A DNA stretch of 64,000 bases from the NCBI GenBank assembly GCA_963742415.1, contig CAVULX010000003.1:480001-544000 (forward strand), read 5' to 3'. Of this stretch, positions 49,901 through 58,384 are shown piece by piece. The notes under the pieces are model-generated. The model searched no databases and was not told the origin of the DNA. It saw nothing but the letters and a program-made list of their open reading frames with translations. Position 1 is the stretch's first letter. Each line of letters opens with the position of its first letter. This DNA is from an uncultured Parachlamydiaceae bacterium. Its GTDB lineage: Bacteria > Chlamydiota > Chlamydiia > Chlamydiales > Parachlamydiaceae. The position numbers and the translations under genes were made by a program.

Positions 49901-51063
49901 TTTGTTATCGCTTGTTCGATCTGCCTTTTAGCTCCTTCTGAGCTAGAGCTGGTTTTACTCAGATATTGCGATTGTGCATTAAATTGGTCTTGCTCTTTTT
50001 GCGGGAGGGTGAAATCTTGCGATTTGCTTTGAACCTCATTAAGAGACTGTTCGTAGCCGATTTGTTCTATGCGGATGAGAAGATTTAATAATGCCGCCAA
50101 CGCATTTTTTTCGTCGTCAAAAGCCACCTGCACCGCATTTGAAATTTTTCCCCGTTTTTCCACCACGTTTCCGGCGAAGTTCGCTGCTCCAAAGAGTGTG
50201 GATGCGCTGTCTTGGTGGCAATTCATACATTTTGCTTGAATCAGGGCGTTAACTAAGATAGGGGTCGTCTGAAAAAGAAGCTCATGGCCAGGTTTGTTAT
50301 TGAATACTCTGGCAAAGAGGGGATCATTGTCAGGATCTTGTTCGGTAAAAATGGGTTTCGGTCCCATGAATTCCGGTTCATAATCTCCATCGAAAATAGG
50401 ACCATGAGCTTTTTCTGTGGTTAAACCGCGGCCGTTTCCGCTGTGGCATGAAGTGCACCCAAATTCCGATATAGGGTGATATTCAAAAGGGCGAGTTTCC
50501 ATCCCCATCAAGGGGTGCATCTGCAAGACTTTTGTGACGTCGTAAACGTGATCCCCTACATGGGCTGTTTTGAGATCTTTATAAGCTTTGGCTTGAGCCA
50601 ATCGAGCTGAGACCTGGTCCCCTTTTCCACTCTCTTCCAATTCTTGATTCTTTTTTTGATCGGTGAGTTTTTCTATTTCTTCATCCAAACGCAGCCATAC
50701 ATAATTTTCGTTGGGGATTTGAATGGGCTTCCCTTCGGCATCCCGTTCAATGTTGCCATTGACATTCATAGCAATTTTTGTAGGGGAAAAATGGGGAAAC
50801 TGCAAGGCCACGTGGCAAGAGGTGCATCGATCAATGATGGGGGGCCCTTTATCTTCACGCTCTAAGACAATTTGTTTCACCTCTGTCTTGAAATCGGGGG
50901 GAGATTCCCCCGTGTAGGAGGAGCGAAATCTTTCTAAAGAGATGTAGTCCTCTTGATAAATTTTGTATTCAGGGAAAATTTCCCGGCTCAAAAAAGCTCC
51001 AAACAGGACCGTAGCTACGATGCCAGCAGCGATAAGAGAGTATTGATAGATTTCTGCGCGCAT
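46990..51063 (-). CDS. membrane-anchored multiheme cytochrome c (7 CxxCH motifs)
   Basis: CTSCH, CTSCH, CMNCH, CGACH, CSACH, CSQCH, CSICH; N-terminal TM; coiled-coil C-terminus. Confidence 0.92.
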   Translation of the reverse strand: MRAEIYQYSLIAAGIVATVLFGAFLSREIFPEYKIYQEDYISLERFRSSYTGESPPDFKTEVKQIVLEREDKGPPIIDRCTSCHVALQFPHFSPTKIAMNVNGNIERDAEGKPIQIPNENYVWLRLDEEIEKLTDQKKNQELEESGKGDQVSARLAQAKAYKDLKTAHVGDHVYDVTKVLQMHPLMGMETRPFEYHPISEFGCTSCHSGNGRGLTTEKAHGPIFDGDYEPEFMGPKPIFTEQDPDNDPLFARVFNNKPGHELLFQTTPILVNALIQAKCMNCHQDSASTLFGAANFAGNVVEKRGKISNAVQVAFDDEKNALAALLNLLIRIEQIGYEQSLNEVQSKSQDFTLPQKEQDQFNAQSQYLSKTSSSSEGAKRQIEQAITNILGSPQLTQALVNQAKEKGAADQTINMFLKEHQSDPGKGSIFVKMEKLQLEKEIMQHLRDTETSFQKVVNDQKVVSEMASEVDLLTKNYHRGEQLYISQACGACHRIAGFARGGVGPELTREGKSYPWFIKESIVWPQADLPTSTMPNYKMDHEDLEDLVTFLLAQTGDRKAISETAYKTTIQEWEAGKKLPWEKAIPAGKIKDLRYAMLVFATEGCSACHRLKGFESNVGFNIEKEKKGNLNFDDLYQEHEWFKNLFPETIIGSELVKTLDAHAAEIDQHITPDVRQGSIIEEIDQIVPGQVESLYTSFKYAARAKNHASQLKAAAAKDPQEKAQIEADLQQWKERVHNVLMMFIQEYGLGRVIGPRPNWSGVYRTDEWLMEHFHNPASHVPRSIMPVMPFDDTKFYALTNMLDVLGKHNRDEIKAIWEHRGFNPAQAFQIHCSQCHGEFMQGNGPVAEWIYPIPKNLRNTDFLRNLTKERVINSITHGVKGTPMPPWGEVAAHKPMMDNIPVLNQSEIKRLVDWMFSSLPGGNVIRGAQDVPKWNYTPEDVLKELEEEGNKLKSGKEEDLNPHSSLNSESLDLLRSLVPSGKGYYASLKPVPSPSNEEEENLKVSDVFDVVPNPNGPEKYAYYIKKKYFTQENIDQGDAFFQLNCSICHGHDADGTGLRASAMKDAKPRMLTNLDWSLTRDDLRLLRSIKYGVPGTAMTPWGDLTNSLQRLQLVIYIRSLTQELHLREELFSALYASYENGILTVENARIQLYPTLAKAQEMHKNLQAKRERLYDEINSQQGLSHESLEIYQQELNNLSELKKQQKLDSLLTNLKTEIASEQEIYQGIGLALLKLDDKKDFNDLLKLVKLKTMVYTFNDGKLNASLDPEKEKTLTELEKQIIDDLNGKITELEARKLIVEGKLASQDKINELTALNNQISSYLKIKKRVVTGFEDAVRSRQKQNQLLAEFNKEKGTP

Positions 51064-51082
51064 CTATGATCCTTGTCGTGTG

Positions 51083-52408
51083 CTAATGCCTTGCATAGGT
51101 TTCGGTCCAAGGCCAGATCCATCCCCAATTGGCCCCTCTGAAAAAGGTGCCGATGACGATCAATATTCCCTGCCATGTCATAAAGGCTGTATAGAGGAAG
51201 ATCGCCACATAGCGGCTGCGGTGGAACCAGTACCCTTCCCCGTGGGGATTACGGTCCAGATAGGGGATGGACATCAACCCTAAAACGATGCCGATGGGAA
51301 TAGCAACCCCTCCCCAAAATGCATTATAGGCGACCATTTCTTGCAAGCCAAGAAAGTACCAAGGTGCTTTTGAGGGATTGGTGGGCTTGCTTGGATTCGC
51401 AGGTTCTTCTAAAGGGGCATCGATAAAGGACAATCCTAAAATTAAGACTAATGTCAACAGAAAAGCGACGAGTTCGGCTCGCAGCAGATGGGGCCATGTA
51501 AACACAAAGTTATAAGGCCCTTTATCGACAGTAGGACAGGTTCCTCGCACAAGCTCCATCAGGCCATAGGTTCGCTTAACACCCGGAGCAAAAGATTCTT
51601 TCGTATCGGACCGCTGCACCACGCGGTAAGGATCGGGGCGGATTTTATCTGGCGGGCGTGAAAGCCCTCCATCTTTCCGGATGCGCCAAAAGTGCACGCC
51701 GATCAGGGTTCCTGCAATAAGGGGCAAGAAAGCCACATGCAGGACATAAAAGCGGATCAAGGCATCTTGCCCCACTTTCGTCGAAGCCAGCAGCATCACG
51801 CGGTTGACATTGTATTCAAAACCCGGAAGATTGGGGACATAGCCTGCGATGTTCGTTCCGACGGTGATCGCCCAAAAGGCAAGCTGATCCCAGGGGAGCA
51901 GATAACCGGTAAAGGAAAGCAGCAGCGTCAAAAACATCAGCATGACCCCGATGACCCAATTGAAGCGGCGCGTTCCTTTGTAAGATCCTGTATAAAAGAC
52001 GCGCGACATATGCAGAAAGACAAAGAGCACCATCATGTGGGCGCTCCAGCGGTGCATGTTGCGGTACATCATGGCAAAGGGGGTCGTGTCTTGCCAATCT
52101 TTCATGATGTCGTAGGCGCGATCTTCCGCGGGAATGTAATAAAACATCAAAACGACGCCAGTGAACACGAGGATTAAAAAAAGGCTCATCGTAATCGAGC
52201 CCAGGCCCAAAGTGTAAAAAGGATCGAGGGAATGTTTGTGGCATTTGACAGGATGAAAATGGAGAAAAAAGTTTTTAAAGACAATTTCAGATCGGTCGAC
52301 ATCATTGTTGGGATAGTTATGTCGAAAAATCGAGCGCACAAATAAGGAAGGCAGGTTGGCTAAGTATTCTGCCCAAGATTCTCTTCTTTTTCCCTTAAAA
52401 ACAGCCAT
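51083..52408 (-). CDS. cytochrome b of a Rieske/cyt b complex (b6 plus subunit IV in one chain)
   Basis: MHRWSAH...LHMSRVF, GYLLPWDQ, RFYVLH-x14-H, NPSKAPWYFLG. Confidence 0.93.
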   Translation of the reverse strand: MAVFKGKRRESWAEYLANLPSLFVRSIFRHNYPNNDVDRSEIVFKNFFLHFHPVKCHKHSLDPFYTLGLGSITMSLFLILVFTGVVLMFYYIPAEDRAYDIMKDWQDTTPFAMMYRNMHRWSAHMMVLFVFLHMSRVFYTGSYKGTRRFNWVIGVMLMFLTLLLSFTGYLLPWDQLAFWAITVGTNIAGYVPNLPGFEYNVNRVMLLASTKVGQDALIRFYVLHVAFLPLIAGTLIGVHFWRIRKDGGLSRPPDKIRPDPYRVVQRSDTKESFAPGVKRTYGLMELVRGTCPTVDKGPYNFVFTWPHLLRAELVAFLLTLVLILGLSFIDAPLEEPANPSKPTNPSKAPWYFLGLQEMVAYNAFWGGVAIPIGIVLGLMSIPYLDRNPHGEGYWFHRSRYVAIFLYTAFMTWQGILIVIGTFFRGANWGWIWPWTETYARH

Positions 52409-52427
52409 AATATCTCCTTAACGCTTT

Positions 52428-52940
52428 CTAACCTGTTGGCGAATACCAAGCTTCATCCCAATCCAGTGTTGTTTTTGATTTATCCACCAAAATGTCTCCC
52501 GAAGCCCCTTTGAAGACAAAGAAATAGACCAGAGGCAAAGGAGCCGGCCCCCCTGTGTTTTTGCCATGGCGGTCATACGTCGATCCATGGCAGGGGCAAG
52601 CATATCCTGTTTCCACCATATTGACTGTGCATCCTAGATGAGTGCAGACCGCAGTTTGTACGCGCACTTTTCCCGATAGGGTTTCAATAAACACTTTTTG
52701 CTTGGGATTAAAGACTTTCCCGTCGCGGGATAAAACTTCTTCAGGCCTTCCGATGGAAAATACGCTCGGAGGAATTTTCATCGCATTGGGATAAAGAAAG
52801 CCTAAAAGGGAGACATTCGCCATGCCTGCAACACCGACTAGACAGGCCCCTACGCCCATCAGAGCCAGAAAGGAGCGGCGGGAGATCATCGGATCCTTAT
52901 CATCAGGATCGACATTCAATGAATTGCGGTATTTGGGCAT
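52428..52940 (-). CDS. Rieske 2Fe-2S subunit
   Basis: Tat motif SRRSFL; CTHLGC and [15 protein letters not shown]. Confidence 0.95.
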   Translation of the reverse strand: MPKYRNSLNVDPDDKDPMISRRSFLALMGVGACLVGVAGMANVSLLGFLYPNAMKIPPSVFSIGRPEEVLSRDGKVFNPKQKVFIETLSGKVRVQTAVCTHLGCTVNMVETGYACPCHGSTYDRHGKNTGGPAPLPLVYFFVFKGASGDILVDKSKTTLDWDEAWYSPTG

Positions 52941-52943
52941 GGT

Positions 52944-53075
52944 CTACTCCTCCTCTCGAAACATTTGATATTTCACATCTTCAGGGTCTTCAAATTGCCC
53001 TTTGCGCAGGTAATAAATATAAACCAACATTCCAGATCCTCCAAAAGCGATCGAACTGACAATCAGCCAGAGCAT
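52944..53075 (-). CDS. CcoS-like cbb3 maturation peptide (43 aa, absent from the ORF track)
   Basis: MLWLIVSSIAFGGSGMLVYIYYLRKGQFEDPEDVKYQMFREEE*; TM plus GQFED motif; fills the gap between its neighbours. Confidence 0.8.
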   Translation of the reverse strand: MLWLIVSSIAFGGSGMLVYIYYLRKGQFEDPEDVKYQMFREEE

Positions 53076-53079
53076 GTTT

Positions 53080-54919
53080 TTAACCTATCCAGCGGAAAGA
53101 ATAATTCATCACATCCATCGTCACGGCCTGCGTCGGACATTTTTCTGCACATAGTCCGCAGCGGATGCATAGATCTTCATCTTTTAGCATGGCCGTTCCC
53201 ATCAATGCTAATTCCTCATCTTCCATACTGACAGAATCGACTCCATAAAAATTATCGACAGCCCTTGCGCAGGTTGCCTTCGCCAAGATCCAAGTTTAAT
53301 TTGCTAATAGGAACCTGCTTCAAGCAATTGCATGGGCAGACATCGACGCATCCATTGCATTTGATGCAGAACGTCCCATCAAACACAGGACTGACATGGC
53401 ATTGAAGGCAGCGGTTGGCTTGCTGATGCGGCTTCTTCTTCGGTATAGTTATTTTCCACCATGTTCTGATTATGGATTCGAACATCAGGCGGCTGCATGG
53501 TCGGGAGCGCCCACTTGGTCCTTAAATAGGTCTTATCGCGCATCGGGGAGATTTCGGTAAATTCCCCTACAAATTCCTGATAGGGTGCGGTCCCCCGCAA
53601 ATCGCTGTCGATAGCTCGGGCGGCATCCTGCCCATGCCGTATGGCTGTAATGAATAAGGCGGGGCCAAAGGCGGCATCGCCGCCTGCATAGATCCCTTTG
53701 ACGGAGGTGCGGCCAGTTCCCCTTTCCGTTTTGATGATGCCGCGGTCCAAAACGAGCTGCTCTTTTTTATCCCATCCATTAAAGAGGCTCATATCCATCG
53801 ATTGCCCAATGGCCAACGCCATAGTGTCGCAAGGAATGACACGCTGTTTGTCGGGAATGAGTTTAGGGGCAAATCGTCCGGTATAATCAAAAAGGGAATA
53901 GATCTCTTGTACGCGCAATCCCGTAATTGCTCCATCACTATTCCGTTCCACCGCAATGGGCGCTAACCGGTTGATGATGGTGATCCCCTCTTCGAGGCCA
54001 TCTTCGATTTCAAATTCATCCGCTGTCTGCTCATCGCGTGTTTCTAGGCAAACCATAGTCACTTTTTTGGCCCCATTGCGGACAGAGGTTCGAGCGACAT
54101 CAAAGGCGACGTTTCCTCCTCCGACCACGATCATATTTTCGCCGATTTTCCATTCCTCTTCCATGCAGCGCACCCGCAAATACTCGATCCCGCGGATCAC
54201 ATCTGGCTCATCAGCTCCTGGAATAGGCAGATCGCGCGATTTCCATAGGCCGACTCCAATAAAGACGGCATCATACTTTTTTTGCAGTTCGGTCAGGGTG
54301 ATATCGCGCCCCACCTTCATGTTGTAATATATTTTGGCGCCCAGATATTCGATGGCATAGATTTCATTGAAGGCAATCTCATTTTTTAAGCGATAGGTAG
54401 GGACTCCATAGGTTAGCATCCCCCCGGGAATGCGCATCATTTCGTAGACATCGACCGCATACCCGAGGCGAAGAAGATCGTGCGCGCAAGTCAGGGAAGC
54501 GACCCCCGCGCCGATGCAGGCCACTTTGAGTCCATTGGGAGTTGGACTGGGTAGAGCCTCGGGCATAGCTCATTTCTAGGGATTTGACATGGGCTTCTTT
54601 ATCAAGGCCAAACCACTCATCCAGATACCGTTTTTGCGCCCGGATAGTCAATGTTTTATCGACCCGGTCGCGCCGGCAGGTGAGTTCGCAAGGGGCTCCG
54701 CAGATCATGCCGCAGATCGAAGCAAAAGGATTTGGTCCACGCGCAATTTTATACCCTTCGAGATAGATTGCCTGCATGCAGGGCAATCATATATCCGCGG
54801 GGATCGGTATTGACCGGACAGCCGTCGCGGCAATCGATCTGCCGGATATAATAATCGAGATCGGGAATGACGACATCGTAGATATCTCTATAGGCTGCAA
54901 TGACATCATCGTCAGACAC
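53080..54919 (-). CDS. GltD/NfnB/DsrL-like FAD/NAD(P)H oxidoreductase with N- and C-terminal 4Fe-4S domains, interrupted by four +1 frameshifts
   Basis: GGAGGT RBS plus GTG at 54919; CRDGCP, CGMICGAPCELTCRR, IGAGVA, VVGGGNVAFDVAR, RCLQC, CIKCNGCVDVCP, CIRCGLCAEKCP; removing 4 bases gives 612 codons. Confidence 0.85.
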
Positions 54920-55039
54920 GTACACCTCCGCAACAAGGGGGAATGTATCAAACCAAGGAGATTTTTTAAATTGTTTATTTTTATTCTATAAGCTAATTTT
55001 TACCCCAACACTTGTTAGGATAGAGGAGGCAAGGTTGAA

Positions 55040-55654
55040 ATGAAAAAAGAGATAAAAAATTGTGTCCATTTGCTCCATGAGGCGGGATTATTAGCCAAAC
55101 TTCCCCGTTCAGGCTTTGCTTTCTTGGGAACAGGTCAGCAATCGGTGGCTGAGCATAGCCATCGGATGACTTTGACGGCTTATCTTTTGGCTTCTCTAAT
55201 GAAAAAGCCGGTAAACCTTCAAAAGCTTCTTTTAATGTGTTTAATTCACGATCTTCCGGAAGCTCGCATGGGAGATCTCAATTATGTCAACAAACTGTAT
55301 GTCGAGGCGAATGAAGACAAAGTGCTCGATGAATATGAGAAATTCTATCCGTGCGGCCAGGAATTTAGAGCTTTAATTCAAGAATACAACGAATCCCAGA
55401 CATTAGAAGCCCAATTGGCCCATGATGCCGATCAACTCGAAATGCTTTTAGTTTTAAAACAATTGAGCGAAGCAGGGAATTCCCATGCCATGAAATGGTT
55501 TGATAAAACAGAGGAGAGGTTGCAAATAAAAGAGGCTAAAGAGGTTGCCGCTGAAATAAGAACACAGTCATCGGACGCTTGGTGGCTTTATAATCCTGAA
55601 GATCCCCATTGGATTCATGGAGGTAAAAGAAAAAAAGAAAAAAAAGCAAACTAA
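55040..55654 (+). CDS. HD-domain hydrolase (YfbR-like)
   Basis: PRSG, SVAEHSHR, LIHDLPEARMGD, DADQLE. Confidence 0.9.
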   Translation: MKKEIKNCVHLLHEAGLLAKLPRSGFAFLGTGQQSVAEHSHRMTLTAYLLASLMKKPVNLQKLLLMCLIHDLPEARMGDLNYVNKLYVEANEDKVLDEYEKFYPCGQEFRALIQEYNESQTLEAQLAHDADQLEMLLVLKQLSEAGNSHAMKWFDKTEERLQIKEAKEVAAEIRTQSSDAWWLYNPEDPHWIHGGKRKKEKKAN

Positions 55655-55662
55655 TTTTTAAA

Positions 55663-55700
55663 AAAAGTTACACAAAATTCTAAAAGTTACACAAAATTCT
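55663..55700 (+). repeat. perfect 19-bp tandem duplication in a promoter region
   Basis: aaaagttacacaaaattct x2. Confidence 0.9.
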
Positions 55701-55775
55701 ATATTATTAAAAATAATAATATAAGGTATAATATAAAATGTAATTAGAGTTTTTGTTAGACATGGAGGTCGAACA

Positions 55776-58088
55776 ATGACAGGAGGAATTCATTTACCTA
55801 AATTAGGATTATCCGAAGCCAAAGAAGCTGTCACATCAAATATAACCCGAATAAGAGATCAACTCAAAGGTATCCCCGAAAAAATTGAGGCAAACCAGGC
55901 TGGCCGTTCTTTTCTTCAAGCGCTCCCTACTGTGAAAGAAAGCGTCGAAAAAAAGATAAATGAGGTGAGAACAAAAATAAAAGATGAATTAAAAGAAGCG
56001 AAACCTGGATCCTCTGTAAAAGCGACTCGTCCCCCTGAGCAAATGCGGCAGCCGGCAAAAACAGAAAATAAACCCCAGTCCCCGCAATCTACCACTGCTA
56101 CAACTCCAAAAGAGGCCAAACCTCTTCCCCCTGTTCCGCCTTCAACAAGCAGGGTGGGGACTCCTCAAACAGAGAATCGAGCTCCAGCTTCCGAGCAACG
56201 CGCTTTTGATAGGGGGAGGACACAAACAAAACCTCTACCTCCGACTCCGCAAACTAAGACTTCCCCAACTAATCCAGTTCAGACACAAAGTGCATCTACA
56301 CCTATTCAGCAAGCAAGATCCCGAGAAACAAGAGCTCGAGGACCTTTGCCCATTCCGGTTCCGAAAGCGCCACCCCCAGGGGCAGGTGCAACCCCACAAC
56401 AAGCGGCGGTGTCTTCAGCTGCTGTGACTAGGCGGGCGCCCCCTCCGGTTCCCCCAGTGTCTGGCAGGCCCACCCTAATGCAAACAGCTGCACCGAAAAC
56501 CCAAACACCTTCAATGCCAAAACCGTTCAATTCCATGAACACTACAAATCAAGTGGCGAATGCCGTGCTTACTGCTCCTCCTCCTCCAAAAAGCGGCTTA
56601 GAGATTTTGGCAAATGGGCCAAAACCTCTCATTCTCGAACCAGGCAAAACAGTAATCACTGAGAGCGAAGCTCAAAAACTCATTAAAGATACAGCAAATA
56701 CTATCACACGAATAGAACAACTTCCGGATGAAATTAACAAAACAAAAGCGCAGCTTCAGGCAGCGGGTGATTTGGTAGCCGGAGGAGCAAAAATCGCAGA
56801 AAATAGGGAAGAAATTGGCATCAAGTATTCAAATCTAAATAGTGAACTTTTCAAGAAAAGAAATGAACTTTCAAAATTAAAGGATCAATTGGAATCTTCT
56901 ACTTCAGCAAACCCTAAAACCAACTTAGAATTGGCGAAGGCACTGGATAGTCTTAAACAACTTGAGGACAAAAAGAAGGCGTTTCAAAGAGAACAAGCAA
57001 TTCAGGAATTCCTTGAAGAGGACAAGCGATTGGAAAATTATTTAACAAAAATGACAGATTTTTATCCAGCATTGCAAAAATTTTATGAGAATAAATTAAA
57101 TGTTAAAAATTTAAAAAATCGAAAAGAGGTCGAAGAAAAGCTCGCAATACTAAAACAATTTAATAAAGACCTTACCCCAATGGCGAAATTGCAAAGTTCA
57201 TTTGCGGAGGCTTTATCAAAGATGCCTCAATCTAATAAAGAGACCCATTTGGCACGGGAATTTTTAAACAGCGGAGTTCCTTATAGGGTAGCGCTGGCAG
57301 ACGCTTCTGTGAGTAGCGGCAAAATGGCAGAAGTTATGGCGGGGATTACAAAAGACATTAATGAGGGTTGGAACGAACTTTCTAAATTATTGCCTGATAA
57401 ACAAGTAAAAGACCAATTAATAGGCGAATTGACAAACGGCTCATTAACACCAGCCAAGTTAGTGCAAAAAGCGACTAAATATCATGTGCAGTTTGGACCG
57501 ATTTTGAGTGAAACACCTTCGGATGCAACTTTTCGAAAAGTGTTAGAAGCTGCTCAAAAGCATGCAGGCGATATTGCGGATCATTCTAATATTGCAAAAT
57601 CGTTTCAAGAATATCAGGATGTCAAGGAAATAAAAGGTAAGTTATCGACAGACAAATTAGACAACGCAGCCGCTTATTTACTTAAATTATGTGATAATGG
57701 TATTCCCCCAAGCTTAATCAAAGAAAAAAGAGATAAGTTTTCTTCCGACGAAAAATATAAGGAAGTTACCGATTTTTATGTTAAGCAAATGGAAGTTGCA
57801 TTTCGTCGTAAAGATGCCTCGGTTTTGATGAAAAATCTGGCACCTTTAGCGATGCTTTACAAAGAAAACAGTAAGGACGGAAATTTGAAAACGCTCATGG
57901 TTCAGTCGCGAGATATGGTTTTGAGAGACTTAAAATCCCAGATCGAGAAAGACCAGAGAAAGACAAAATCTACAGAGAGAAGCCCGGTTTTATCAGCCAA
58001 GTTTGCCCAAGTATTGCTTAACTGCCAAGGGGTTGCTACTTCAGATCCACTTCCCGCGGATCTTGATAAGTTTTTTAAACCAAAATAA
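55776..58088 (+). CDS. Pro-rich/coiled-coil candidate effector with a degenerate RhoGEF (DH)-like region
   Basis: RBS GGAGG; PxxP motifs; REQAIQEFLEEDKRLENYL and LVQKATKYHVQFGPILSETPSD...LEAA...IADHSN. Confidence 0.7.
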   Translation: MTGGIHLPKLGLSEAKEAVTSNITRIRDQLKGIPEKIEANQAGRSFLQALPTVKESVEKKINEVRTKIKDELKEAKPGSSVKATRPPEQMRQPAKTENKPQSPQSTTATTPKEAKPLPPVPPSTSRVGTPQTENRAPASEQRAFDRGRTQTKPLPPTPQTKTSPTNPVQTQSASTPIQQARSRETRARGPLPIPVPKAPPPGAGATPQQAAVSSAAVTRRAPPPVPPVSGRPTLMQTAAPKTQTPSMPKPFNSMNTTNQVANAVLTAPPPPKSGLEILANGPKPLILEPGKTVITESEAQKLIKDTANTITRIEQLPDEINKTKAQLQAAGDLVAGGAKIAENREEIGIKYSNLNSELFKKRNELSKLKDQLESSTSANPKTNLELAKALDSLKQLEDKKKAFQREQAIQEFLEEDKRLENYLTKMTDFYPALQKFYENKLNVKNLKNRKEVEEKLAILKQFNKDLTPMAKLQSSFAEALSKMPQSNKETHLAREFLNSGVPYRVALADASVSSGKMAEVMAGITKDINEGWNELSKLLPDKQVKDQLIGELTNGSLTPAKLVQKATKYHVQFGPILSETPSDATFRKVLEAAQKHAGDIADHSNIAKSFQEYQDVKEIKGKLSTDKLDNAAAYLLKLCDNGIPPSLIKEKRDKFSSDEKYKEVTDFYVKQMEVAFRRKDASVLMKNLAPLAMLYKENSKDGNLKTLMVQSRDMVLRDLKSQIEKDQRKTKSTERSPVLSAKFAQVLLNCQGVATSDPLPADLDKFFKPK

Positions 58089-58089
58089 C

Positions 58090-58368
58090 TCAAATAATTT
58101 TAAACGTATCGTGTTTGCAAGCAGAAGCTGAATAATGAACATCGATTGCAGAGATGTAAGTGTCCGGAAATTCTTGTTTGATTTTTTCCAGCAACTTTTC
58201 CAAAATCTCTTTTTGCCCATAAGCATAAATTTCGACAGATCCGTCATATTTATTTTGGACGGTACCTGCTAAGTCCAGCTGCTGTGCCAAATGTTTGACG
58301 GTGGCTCTAAAACCTACGCCCTGCACAAACCCATGAAAAACCGCATGCAATTCTAAAATTTCGCTCAT
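58090..58368 (-). CDS. acyP: acylphosphatase
   Basis: GFVQGVGFR and GTVQNKYDGSVE; likely start MSEIL. Confidence 0.9.
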   Translation of the reverse strand: MSEILELHAVFHGFVQGVGFRATVKHLAQQLDLAGTVQNKYDGSVEIYAYGQKEILEKLLEKIKQEFPDTYISAIDVHYSASACKHDTFKII

Positions 58369-58384
58369 ACAATCCCAGTGTAAA

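Noticed and set aside
53080-54919. Programmed frameshifting, or several separate small genes
   Set aside because: Four shifts without slippery heptamers, and the breaks fall inside domains; one gene with indels is simpler
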